This document shows, piece after piece, positions 8,273-15,386 of a stretch of DNA of 32,122 nt (the first letter of the stretch is position 1; each line of letters starts with the position of its first letter). The translations under genes and the position numbers were made by a program. A model generated the notes under the pieces. It searched no databases, was not told the DNA's origin, and saw only the letters and a list, made by a program, of their open reading frames with translations. Source of the DNA: Thermoanaerobaculia bacterium (GTDB lineage: Bacteria > Acidobacteriota > Thermoanaerobaculia > UBA5066 > Gp7-AA6); contig JBASRI010000159.1 in NCBI GenBank assembly GCA_049273755.1, positions 1 through 32,122 on the forward strand, read 5' to 3'.

Positions 8273-8348
8273 GCCTAACATGCGCGTGCAGCGGACTCGC
8301 TCGTCGGATTCGCCTCCTCGCTCGCCGCTGACCCGCCGCCCGTTAGGC
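8273..8348 (+). repeat. attC site (76 bp)
   Basis: gcctaacatgcgcgtgcagcggactcgctcgtcggattcgcctcctcgctcgccgctgacccgccgcccgttaggc. Confidence 0.85.
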
Positions 8349-8373
8349 GGCCCGACGGGAGAGCTCGGCGTCA

Positions 8374-8787
8374 ATGACTGAGCGCTCGATCGAAGCCTTT
8401 TTCTATGGCCTATTCATGGACGTGGATGTCTTGCGTGAGAAGCAAATGACGCCGCTCACGCCACGCCCTGCATACGTTGACGGGTTCGCTCTGCGAATCG
8501 GCGAGCGCGCAACTTTGGTCCCTTCTTTGGGAGCTCGCGCCTTTGGCATGCTTATCTCGCTCACGCGCCGTGAGCTCTCGCAGCTCTATTCCGGTGCTGG
8601 CCTTGAGCACTACCGTCCTGAAGCTGTCGTCGTCAAGACTCTCGACGGCGAGTCTGTGCCTGCTTTGTGTTACAACCTGCCCGACGCACCTCTCCCGCAT
8701 GAGCGTAATCCAGAGTACGCCGCGCGCTTGCAGGCTCTCTTGCGCAAACTGAATTTTCCGCCTGACTATGTCGCATCAGTCGTCTGA
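8374..8787 (+). CDS. Gamma-glutamylcyclotransferase (AIG2/GGCT-like) family protein (137 aa)
   Basis: FFYGLFMDVDVL...GFALRIGERATLVP..G..AFGMLISL...EL..LY....HYRPEAVVV pattern. GC looks lower than in neighbouring cassettes. Confidence 0.55.
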   Translation: MTERSIEAFFYGLFMDVDVLREKQMTPLTPRPAYVDGFALRIGERATLVPSLGARAFGMLISLTRRELSQLYSGAGLEHYRPEAVVVKTLDGESVPALCYNLPDAPLPHERNPEYAARLQALLRKLNFPPDYVASVV

Positions 8788-8808
8788 GCAGAGGCTCGGA
8801 AGCGGGCC

Positions 8809-8872
8809 GTCTAACCCGCAGCTGCAGCGGACTCGCGCTGCGCGCTCGCCGCTGACGCGCCGCCCGTTAGTC
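8809..8872 (+). repeat. attC site (64 bp, short variant, GTCTAAC...GTTAGTC)
   Basis: gtctaacccgcagctgcagcggactcgcgctgcgcgctcgccgctgacgcgccgcccgttagtc. Confidence 0.75.
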
Positions 8873-8910
8873 GGTGCATCTGGTAGATTGACATAGGCGA
8901 CGAGGCTCCC

Positions 8911-9399
8911 ATGAAGGCGACTGCGAAGGCTACTTCAACACCTGCTGGTGCCGAGAGGCTGCTCAAAAGCTTTGTCGGCAAGTTCGACTCCAAGCACCAA
9001 ACCTTGATTCTTGCGGTGCGCAAGGCGCTACGCAAGCGGTTCCCGACTGCCAACGAGCTGGTCTACGACAATTACAACTTCTTCGTAATCGGTTACGGCG
9101 CGACGGAACGCCCGTCCGACTGCATTGTTTCGATGGCCGCGGGAGCAAACGGCGTCGGCCTGTGTTTTATCCGCGGCGCGAGTCTTCCCGATCCCAAGAA
9201 AATCCTTCTCGGTTCGGGCAACCAGACTCGCTTTATTCGTCTCGAGTCGGTTGGCGTGTTAGAGCGTGCCGAGGTTGAAGCGCTCGTTGCTGCCGCCGTT
9301 GTTCATTCTAAGATCCCGCTCCCAGCGGGCGGTCGAGGCAAGCTAATCATCCGATCGGTTTCGGCGAAGCAGCGGCCGCGGCGTCGCACGGCGAAGTGA
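8911..9399 (+). CDS. DUF1801 (YdhG-like) domain protein (162 aa)
   Basis: Pattern ...LILAVRKALRKRFP.ANELVYDNYNFFVIGYG...R.SD.IVS.AA...GV.L.F..GA.L.DP. No attC separates it from the next gene, so this is a two-gene cassette. Confidence 0.55.
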   Translation: MKATAKATSTPAGAERLLKSFVGKFDSKHQTLILAVRKALRKRFPTANELVYDNYNFFVIGYGATERPSDCIVSMAAGANGVGLCFIRGASLPDPKKILLGSGNQTRFIRLESVGVLERAEVEALVAAAVVHSKIPLPAGGRGKLIIRSVSAKQRPRRRTAK

Positions 9400-9459
9400 C
9401 GACAATTTGGGCGAGCGCCGCGGCAAACTCAGGACGACGGTAGCTCGGCCGGCGTTTGA

Positions 9460-10158
9460 GTGATGATGGTCCCTGTGGAATCGAATCTCGAGGCGCTGGC
9501 CCGCGATGTGCGCGTCTATGTCTTCCGGCAGGCGGCCGAGACAGCTCGTGTGCCTCAGCCCGCCCAGATTGCGGACGCACTCCGGCGCCCACAGACTGAA
9601 ATCCGTGAGGCGCTGAAGAACCTTGCTGCGGGCAAGGTGCTCATTCTCGCCCCGAACGACGGTAATATCTGGGCAGCGAACCCGTTTTGCGCTGTACCGT
9701 CTGGCTTTCGCGTGCTCGCGGGCGGGAAGACCTACTGGGGAATCTGCATTTGGGATGCACTGGGCATTCCGGCCGCTCTCGGGAAGGATGCGGTGATCAG
9801 CGCTCCCTGCGGCGATTGCGGCGAGCCGATGGGACTTGAAGTGCAGTATGGCAGGCTTGTGCGGAGCGAAGGTGTCATTCACTTCGCCGTTGCTGCACAC
9901 CACTGGTGGGACAACATTGGATTCACGTGAACGACGATGCTTCTCTTCCGGTCGGAAGCGCACATTGATCGGTGGTGCCTGGCTCGAGACCTCTCGCGAG
10001 GAGGGGTCCTCACCCCGGAGCAGGGATGGAGGCTCGCCCACGGTTGGTACAAAGACAAGGTGAGGCCAGACTGGCGGCGGCATAGTCTTGAGGAAACAGA
10101 GGCTCTTCTCGGAGATCTTGGGATCACGGGTCCCTTCTGGAACCTACGAGGAGAATAG
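9460..10158 (+). CDS. MerB-like (alkylmercury lyase family) protein. Two same-frame ORFs are joined by one in-frame TGA at 9928-9930: candidate selenocysteine codon, otherwise a pseudogene
   Basis: ORFs 9460-9930 and 9937-10158 share a frame. YWGICIWDALGIPAALGKDAVISAPCGDCGEP resembles MerB YAWCALDTLIFPALIG (Cys96/Asp99). GFT-TGA-TTMLLFRSEAHIDRW aligns without gaps to MerB SF-C159-CHVHFFAS. MerB sequence is recalled from memory. Confidence 0.55.
9945..9958 (+). other. Candidate SECIS-like hairpin downstream of the MerB-like TGA
   Basis: cttcc-GGTC-ggaag: 5-bp stem with GGUC tetraloop. The loop starts 19 nt after the TGA. A possible 3-bp lower stem tgc/gca (9938-9940 with 9960-9962) is separated by an internal loop. 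Confidence 0.3.
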
Positions 10159-10207
10159 GACATCGTCGTGGCCTCGCGGACGCCGCCGGCGAGGCTATGC
10201 ACCAGTC

Positions 10208-10273
10208 GCCTAACAAGGATTCGCTCGTCGGCTTCGCCTCTTCGCTCGCCGCTGAACCCGACACCCGTTAGGC
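10208..10273 (+). repeat. attC site (66 bp; left arm gcgcgtgcagcgg is missing)
   Basis: gcctaacaaggattcgctcgtcggcttcgcctcttcgctcgccgctgaacccgacacccgttaggc. Confidence 0.7.
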
Positions 10274-10280
10274 AGCAGCT

Positions 10281-10652
10281 TCAGTAAGGCAAATCCCTCG
10301 GTCCACGGCCCACGTGATCCGGCTCAGGATCCTCCTCAAACTGGACGGCCTCGATTTCTTTCCGGCCCTGCCGCGCCGCCTTGACGACGCGGTGCATGCC
10401 ATCCATGACGGCTCCGGATGAGGACAGGATTATTGGAAACGATAGATCCGCCTCGTCTATCAATTTCAAGTGCTCGAGCATCGTCCGCCAAGTTGGAGGC
10501 TCATCATCGCCGGACCAGACCTCGTCGAGCTCCCGAATCTTAGTCAGCGGAATGTGTTTCCGGGGAAGGTTACCCGAGAGCCGCACTAAACGGTCCACGT
10601 CCCATGCCAAGAGGCCGCGATTCGACGGTCGAAAGTAATATTGTTTTCGCAT
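10281..10652 (-). CDS. ParB-like nuclease-domain protein (DGxHR motif), reverse-oriented cassette gene (about 123 aa)
   Basis: MRKQYYFRPS...AWDVDRL...IPLTKIRELDE......PIILSSSGAVMDGMHRVVKAARQGRKEIEAVQFEEDPEPD. I prefer the internal ATG at 10652 to the ORF-track start at 10739. Confidence 0.6.
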   Translation of the reverse strand: MRKQYYFRPSNRGLLAWDVDRLVRLSGNLPRKHIPLTKIRELDEVWSGDDEPPTWRTMLEHLKLIDEADLSFPIILSSSGAVMDGMHRVVKAARQGRKEIEAVQFEEDPEPDHVGRGPRDLPY

Positions 10653-10767
10653 GCGAGATCCCTTATGGTTCTCACAACCCCGATCTAAGTTTAGGGCGGA
10701 GGCTATGGGAGTGCCGTACGGCCTTTTTCCAAGGCCCAAAGAAGGCTTGTCGTGTCAGGAAGGCGGG

Positions 10768-10890
10768 ATGATGTGGTTTAGCGATCATGCGATCCTGGTG
10801 CACGAAACTTCCGATGGATTGGGGTTCGATCGGTCCGAATTCGAGGCAATTTTGGAGAAGGTGAGCCGTGTCGAGCTTGGCGACGCCTAA
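10768..10890 (+). CDS. Possible small ORF (40 aa), divergent from the ParB-like gene
   Basis: aggaagg RBS then ATGATG. MMWFSDHAILVHETSDGLGFDRSEFEAILEKVSRVELGDA. Stop TAA inside attC R''. No homology recognised. Confidence 0.3.
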   Translation: MMWFSDHAILVHETSDGLGFDRSEFEAILEKVSRVELGDA

Positions 10891-10960
10891 CACGCGCATG
10901 CAGCGGACTCGCCCATCGCCTTCGGCTCTTCGCTCGCCGCAGAGCCGCCACCCGTTAGGC
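10885..10960 (+). repeat. attC site (76 bp)
   Basis: gcctaacacgcgcatgcagcggactcgcccatcgccttcggctcttcgctcgccgcagagccgccacccgttaggc. Confidence 0.85.
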
Positions 10961-10990
10961 GTCCGCGCGAAACCTCAGGGGAGGCCCGAA

Positions 10991-11509
10991 ATACCCGCCA
11001 TCGGTGATCTCGCCGAGACCATCTTGGCGGCCTGGCGGACCAATCATCAGATCACTGTCTTTCTCGTCAGCCACGTTCCCACCGCGGTCTGGGCGGCTCC
11101 GGTCCCCGGAGCCCCGCGGAAGACGATTCGCATGCTCGCCGGCCACCTTCACAACAGCCGGTGCATGTGGCTCAAGACCCTGGGCCGGCCCCATGGCATC
11201 CCGGTTCCGTCCGCCGTGGACCGCCGGAAGGTGAGCCGCCGCCAGTTGGTCGCCGCACTGAACAGGAGTGGCCGGGGCATCGAGGCGCTCTTACGGCTGG
11301 GGCTTCGCTGCGGCGGCAAGGTTCCCGCCACCCCGGCTTACGTGTGGCGGAATCTGCCGCTGGACGTCGGTCACCTGCTAACTTACTTCGTGGCCCACGA
11401 GGGCCATCACCGAGGACAGATCGTGTTGGCGGCGAGGCAGATCGGCTCCCGCTTGCCAGCCGCAGTGACCGCCGGCCTGTGGCAGTGGACGAAACGTGCC
11501 GTGGAGTAG
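10991..11509 (+). CDS. DinB-family protein (about 172 aa); start codon unresolved
   Basis: DLAETILAAWRTN.....L.SH.P...W.......RKTIRMLAGHLHN....WLK...; C-terminal YFVAHEGHHRGQIVLAARQ. I see no ATG/GTG/TTG in frame between attC and the conserved domain; ATA 10991 and ATC 11000 follow a ggggagg RBS. Confidence 0.65.
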   Translation: MPAIGDLAETILAAWRTNHQITVFLVSHVPTAVWAAPVPGAPRKTIRMLAGHLHNSRCMWLKTLGRPHGIPVPSAVDRRKVSRRQLVAALNRSGRGIEALLRLGLRCGGKVPATPAYVWRNLPLDVGHLLTYFVAHEGHHRGQIVLAARQIGSRLPAAVTAGLWQWTKRAVE

Positions 11510-11530
11510 CAGGGCTTGCTCCGCGCTAAC

Positions 11531-11609
11531 GCCTAACCCGCGCGTGCAGCGGACTGGCGCAGCTCGCTTCGCTCGCTGCGGCTCGCCGCTGACGCGCCAC
11601 CCGTTAGGC
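11531..11609 (+). repeat. attC site (79 bp)
   Basis: gcctaacccgcgcgtgcagcggactggcgcagctcgcttcgctcgctgcggctcgccgctgacgcgccacccgttaggc. Confidence 0.85.
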
Positions 11610-11652
11610 GAGGGGAATCAAGCTCGGAATGCGCGGCGTTCCGTGAGAGACA

Positions 11653-11681
11653 CCCTGCCGCCGGCACCGCCAGCGGCAGGG
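11653..11681. terminator. GC-rich hairpin 3' of the reverse-oriented gene (possible terminator)
   Basis: ccctgccgc-cggcaccgcca-gcggcaggg: 9-bp stem with 11-nt loop. Flanked by tcgattt on + and tgtctctc on -. No strong U-tract. Confidence 0.35.
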
Positions 11682-11715
11682 TCGATTTAGTCGACACCCA
11701 CCTCGTCTAGGCTTC

Positions 11716-12156
11716 CTACTTGCTCGCTGCCGCTACCAAGTCAGCGGCGGTCACCGGCCCGATCACGGACGTGTCGGTGTGCCATGCGACGAAGGTGCGG
11801 AACTCAAGGCCCGCCGCGAAGCCCGTCTTACGGCCGTGCTTCTTGGTGATCTCATCCACCTTGGCCTGCTGCTCTTTGCTCAGGTCGGGAACGACTTGCA
11901 TGTAGTCCCAGCTATCTCCGTTCGTGTGTGCATAAACCTGGGACGCCGGCACGCCGGCCTCCTTGTCGATCGCTTCCGTTTCGGCCATCCACTTCAGGAA
12001 GTCCAGTTGCTTGCCTGGCGCGATGCGATAGAGCGCGACTCGGGCTTGCGGCGGCTGCTTTGCTTCCGCTTTGGCGGTCTGCGCGCGCGCGGTGCGGGCG
12101 GGGAGTAAAATGAAGGCCAGGAGCAGGAGCGGGGTTAAGCGAAACCATCGACTCAC
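11716..12156 (-). CDS. Secreted hypothetical protein, reverse-oriented cassette gene (146 aa)
   Basis: GTG start after aaggagga RBS. Signal peptide MSRWFRLTPLLLLAFILLPARTARAQ. Non-repetitive, well-mixed composition. Confidence 0.7.
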   Translation of the reverse strand: MSRWFRLTPLLLLAFILLPARTARAQTAKAEAKQPPQARVALYRIAPGKQLDFLKWMAETEAIDKEAGVPASQVYAHTNGDSWDYMQVVPDLSKEQQAKVDEITKKHGRKTGFAAGLEFRTFVAWHTDTSVIGPVTAADLVAAASK

Positions 12157-12271
12157 GATGTCCTCCTTGGGTGAACGTCACCCGCGTCGCCGAAAGAGAG
12201 GCCCCCGAGCCGGCGGGGCACCCGCCTGCCACAACGGCCTTTACGCGTCTTCGGGCGAAAAATCGGAGTCG

Positions 12272-12300
12272 ACCATATGCTGACCGCTTGGCAACGTCAA
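12272..12300 (-). promoter_or_regulatory. Sigma70-type promoter for the reverse-oriented gene 11716-12156
   Basis: On the - strand: TTGACG (12300-12295), 17-nt spacer ttgccaagcggtcagca, TATGGT (12277-12272). Predicted leader of about 110 nt includes hairpin gggtga-cgt-tcaccc just 5' of the RBS. Confidence 0.55.
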
Positions 12301-12348
12301 CCTTCCGAGGCATGCGCCCGATGGGGAACCGACCCGAATGATCCCGTC

Positions 12349-12424
12349 GCCTAACCCGCGGGTGCAGCAGACTCGCTCCTCGCCTCCGGCTTGTCGCTCG
12401 CCGCTGACGCGCCACCCGTTAGGC
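12349..12424 (+). repeat. attC site (76 bp)
   Basis: gcctaacccgcgggtgcagcagactcgctcctcgcctccggcttgtcgctcgccgctgacgcgccacccgttaggc. Confidence 0.85.
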
Positions 12425-12438
12425 ACGCTGAAGAGACG

Positions 12439-12747
12439 ATGAAGCCTGAAGCGATCGGCTTGCTTGGCGGAATCGTCGGCTCGGCGATCGGCGTCCTGGG
12501 CGGTGCTGTCGGCACGTACTTCAGCATACGAAACACGCGCGGACCGAGAGAGCGGGCTTTCGTAATCAAGGCATCGGTTCTTTGCTGGGTGCTGGTGAGC
12601 GCTTTCGTCGCGGCGTTGTTGCTTCTCCCCTCGCCTCAGCGATATTTCCTGTGGCTTCCGTATGGAATCCTTCTGCCAGTGGGAATCCGAGCTTGGAATC
12701 GAATCCAGTCAAAGATTCGGAAGGAAGAGTCTGGCGAGCGTGCCTAA
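12439..12747 (+). CDS. Small membrane protein (102 aa)
   Basis: ATG 15 nt after attC. The ORF-track start 12391 lies inside attC and is rejected. Three hydrophobic helices. Stop TAA in an R''-like box. Confidence 0.6.
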   Translation: MKPEAIGLLGGIVGSAIGVLGGAVGTYFSIRNTRGPRERAFVIKASVLCWVLVSAFVAALLLLPSPQRYFLWLPYGILLPVGIRAWNRIQSKIRKEESGERA

Positions 12748-12758
12748 CCCGCGGGTGC
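12742..12758 (+). repeat. Truncated attC, left half only (gcctaacccgcgggtgc)
   Basis: Identical to the first 17 nt of attC 12349-12424, then diverges. No R' box before 14456. Confidence 0.5.
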
Positions 12759-13645
12759 TAAGTGCGTGGCTCGCGACCGATGTGCTTGCACTGGCCTGCC
12801 CAATCCCCCGCCAGGTTCTTTGCGCCGCGGGGTTCCTGAGTTTGTCCCTTTCCGCCGCTGGCTTCGCTCAGAGTGTCGAGGCGGCGTTCAAGATCCAGAT
12901 GGGGGGCAGCGTCGTCTTGGCTCTCGATCGTCCGCAGTCGGATGGTAGCCGACTTGTCTTTCATCACTACCCCGATGGCCTCCTGATGAGCATCGGAAAG
13001 ACCACGGTTACCTCCGTTGGGCCTGCCAGCGCCTTCACCGGGCAAGGCTCGCAGGGCTCGCCCGAGAAGGGTAGAGACTCGAGCGAGCGATTTCGGATGC
13101 GGACTTCAGAAGAGGTGCTTGTGATCGGTAAGCGTCCCGGACTGGAGCCGGGCGACGTCCTACACCTCGGCCCGACGGCATCCCCGAATGTCGCCAGAAT
13201 GGTTGCTTCGCGACCGCAACTACCAGCGCCAACGACCAAGTACATTCCCCGACCGGGTGAAGGCCTACCCGGCAAAGCCCTCTTCAATCCGAATCGAGAC
13301 TATCGTCCCGAATGGGACTCGAAGCTCGTTCCTGGATATTCGATGCCCTTTTCAAATTCTCCGGATGACTACGTCGAGGGTCGGACGCTTCCTTACCCTC
13401 CCGGCAACGGCATTCAGGGAGGGTCCGGTAGTCCTCCGACAATCGTTTACGATGGAGCCGAGCCGCCTCAGGTCTTGACCCGCCCTGGTGGTTGGAACCC
13501 GCCGGTGAACAACGTGTCGATCGAGCCGCGCGGTGTGGGTGCTGGCAGCTCGGTGATTGCCCACGTGCCCGACATTCACGAGGTTCCCAGGATTGGTTAC
13601 GACCCAAGGCTTCCGCCGCCCGGCCTGACACCAGCTTCACCCTAA
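12755..13645 (+). CDS. Pro/Gly-rich secreted hypothetical protein (about 296 aa from the GTG)
   Basis: Longest ORF in the interval. Signal-like VLSAWLATDVLALACP...SLSAAGFAQS. No family recognised. Start is uncertain. Confidence 0.45.
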   Translation: MLSAWLATDVLALACPIPRQVLCAAGFLSLSLSAAGFAQSVEAAFKIQMGGSVVLALDRPQSDGSRLVFHHYPDGLLMSIGKTTVTSVGPASAFTGQGSQGSPEKGRDSSERFRMRTSEEVLVIGKRPGLEPGDVLHLGPTASPNVARMVASRPQLPAPTTKYIPRPGEGLPGKALFNPNRDYRPEWDSKLVPGYSMPFSNSPDDYVEGRTLPYPPGNGIQGGSGSPPTIVYDGAEPPQVLTRPGGWNPPVNNVSIEPRGVGAGSSVIAHVPDIHEVPRIGYDPRLPPPGLTPASP

Positions 13646-13690
13646 GCCGCGATGGAAAGCCCAGTTGGGCGGGCTTAAGGATTTCCAGAC

Positions 13691-14233
13691 ATGAACTTTG
13701 ATCTCGAGCTTTCCGCACAGGCCCTCGCGAAGACGCCAGGTGCGTTGCACGCCCTCCTGGACGGGCTTCCGGCTCTCTGGACCCGGGGTGTGGAAGGCCC
13801 CGACACCTTCAGTCCCTTCGATGTCGTCGGTCACCTGATTGACGGCGAGGAGACTGATTGGGTCCCTCGGGCTCGCATCATCCTGGCCCAGGGTCCGAAC
13901 CCCCTTTTCGAGCCCTACGACCGCTTTCGACATCGCGCTCGCAACGTCGGTCGTACGCTCCGCTCCCTGCTCGAGGAATTCGCTCAACTGCGCAGGGAGA
14001 ATCTCGTGCTGCTCCGCTCCTGGAACCTGACTCCCGCCGCCCTCGAACTGCCAGGCATTCATCCCAGCTTGGGAGGCGTAACGCTCCGCCAGCTCCTGGC
14101 AGCCTGGGTCGTGCATGACTTCGGGCACCTCGCTCAGGTCGCTCGAGTCATGGCCAAGCAACTCCGCCACGAGGTGGGTCCCTGGGAGCCCTCTTTGCCG
14201 GTGCTGACCGATCATGAGACGCCCCGTTCCTAG
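13691..14233 (+). CDS. DinB-family protein (180 aa)
   Basis: FSPFDVVGHLIDGEETDWVPR ... LRQLLAAWVVHDFGHLAQVARV, typical DinB_2 His-containing motifs. Confidence 0.75.
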   Translation: MNFDLELSAQALAKTPGALHALLDGLPALWTRGVEGPDTFSPFDVVGHLIDGEETDWVPRARIILAQGPNPLFEPYDRFRHRARNVGRTLRSLLEEFAQLRRENLVLLRSWNLTPAALELPGIHPSLGGVTLRQLLAAWVVHDFGHLAQVARVMAKQLRHEVGPWEPSLPVLTDHETPRS

Positions 14234-14277
14234 CCGGACTCGCTCCCGCGCTTCGCTTCGTCTCTCGCCGGTTCGCT
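14233..14277 (+). repeat. attC-derived remnant (central part plus gttcgc; no R'' or left arm)
   Basis: gccggactcgctcccgcgcttcgcttcgtctctcgccggttcgct resembles the family core (a)gcggactcgctc...cttcg...ctcgcc. Confidence 0.35.
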
Positions 14278-14422
14278 TCTTGGCCGGTTCCTTGTATCCT
14301 TCGGGCGGAAGACCGCGCTCCCAATCGAATCGCTCCCATCGCGAGTCAAATGCCTGTCCGTACTGCTTTCGACTGCAGAAGCTTGCGGCTGCCGCAAGCA
14401 GGGTCTATCCAAGTAGCGGGCC

Positions 14423-14462
14423 GCCTGACATGCGGGTGCAGCGGACCCGCCGCCCGTTAGGC
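14423..14462 (+). repeat. 40-bp mini attC (gcctgac-atgcgggtgcagcgg-acccgccgccc-gttaggc)
   Basis: Both end boxes and the left arm are retained. The about 36-nt centre and the ccgctg right arm are deleted relative to the 76-bp family. Confidence 0.5.
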
Positions 14463-14516
14463 CGCTCTCGAACAACCCCAAGAGTCATGGCATGACAGGA
14501 GCATCAAGGGGGGAAC

Positions 14517-14945
14517 TTGACCCAAACTCTCGTTACCTACCGGGGAGCGGTTTATCCCTCGCAGTGTGACCACATGGGTCACATGAACGTCATGTGGTAC
14601 GTAGCCAAATTCGATGAGGCTACCTGGCAGCTTTTCTCCGCCATCGGGCTCACGCCATCGCGCCTGCGCACCGAGAGCAGCGGAATGGCCGGTGTCGAGC
14701 AGCACATCGAATACAAGCGTGAGTTGTTCGCCGGTGATGTCGTCACGGTCTCTTCCACGATCCTTGAAGTCAAGGAGAAGGCGATTCGCTTTGCTCATGA
14801 GATGAAGAACGACGAAACGGGGGAGGTGGCCGCGAGGACGGTTCTCGTTGCTGTCCACCTCGATAGAGCCACGCGAAAGGCGCGCGCCTTGCCGAGCGAC
14901 GTTCGAAACCGAGCATACTCAATGACTCATGGACAGCAGTCCTGA
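14517..14945 (+). CDS. Acyl-CoA thioesterase, hotdog fold (4HBT/YbgC-like, 142 aa)
   Basis: TTG start after aagggggg. VYPSQCDHMGHMNVMWYVAKFDEATW ... GVEQHIEYKRELFAGDVV ... RFAHEM. Confidence 0.75.
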   Translation: MTQTLVTYRGAVYPSQCDHMGHMNVMWYVAKFDEATWQLFSAIGLTPSRLRTESSGMAGVEQHIEYKRELFAGDVVTVSSTILEVKEKAIRFAHEMKNDETGEVAARTVLVAVHLDRATRKARALPSDVRNRAYSMTHGQQS

Positions 14946-14956
14946 TGTAGGGAGCG

Positions 14957-14979
14957 GCGTAACCCGCGAGGTGCAGCGG
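14957..14979 (+). repeat. Truncated attC, left half only (gcgtaacccgcgaggtgcagcgg)
   Basis: R''-like GCGTAAC plus the left arm, then the RBS and ORF of the next gene. No matching R'. Confidence 0.45.
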
Positions 14980-14991
14980 AGGGGTAGCGGA

Positions 14992-15288
14992 ATGGAATAC
15001 ACGGCGCAGCAGGTCACTGCCTTCAAGGCGGAATTCGCCCGCCGCAGGCGGCTGACTGCGGCCGGGTTGCTAATTCTCAGCCTACCGCTCTACGGTATTT
15101 TGTTCAGCCTTCGTAGAGGTCCGGTTCTTGGCCTGGGACCCAACGGTTGGTTGGTGGTCTGGGTGGCGGTGGCGGCGGGTGTCGGGTTGGTGTTCTCACG
15201 GATCTGGCGTTGCCCGGCGTGCGGCGCGTCGCTTGGTCAGCCGCCGGCCGTGTCCGTCTGCCGAAAATGTGGCGTCGCTCTGAAATGA
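14992..15288 (+). CDS. Small membrane protein with C-terminal zinc-ribbon-like CPxCG...CxxCG (98 aa)
   Basis: ggagggg RBS. Two TM helices. RCPACGASLGQPPAVSVCRKCG. Confidence 0.5.
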   Translation: MEYTAQQVTAFKAEFARRRRLTAAGLLILSLPLYGILFSLRRGPVLGLGPNGWLVVWVAVAAGVGLVFSRIWRCPACGASLGQPPAVSVCRKCGVALK

Positions 15289-15319
15289 GGGCGCCGAAGC
15301 AGACGAAAGTTCTAGTGGC

Positions 15320-15382
15320 CCAGCTAGCTTCATGATTGCTGATCCAGATGGAAACACGATTCTGATAGACCAACACGTATAG
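15320..15382 (+). pseudogene. C-terminal fragment of a VOC/glyoxalase-family gene
   Basis: Frame reads ..PASFMIADPDGNTILIDQHV-stop, the typical VOC C-terminus (DPDGN.I.L). No upstream body. Locally AT-richer. Confidence 0.45.
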
Positions 15383-15386
15383 GCCA

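Noticed and set aside
8887-8892. Consensus TTGACA just after attC 8809-8872, as a cassette promoter
   Set aside because: No acceptable -10 lies 16-19 nt downstream; the position is occupied by the ATGAAG start region of the DUF1801 gene.
10720-10736. Hairpin ggcctt-tttcc-aaggcc in the divergent region of the ParB-like cassette
   Set aside because: It has only a 6-bp stem, no U-tract in either direction, and lies inside a possible 5' region. There is not enough support to call it a terminator or operator.
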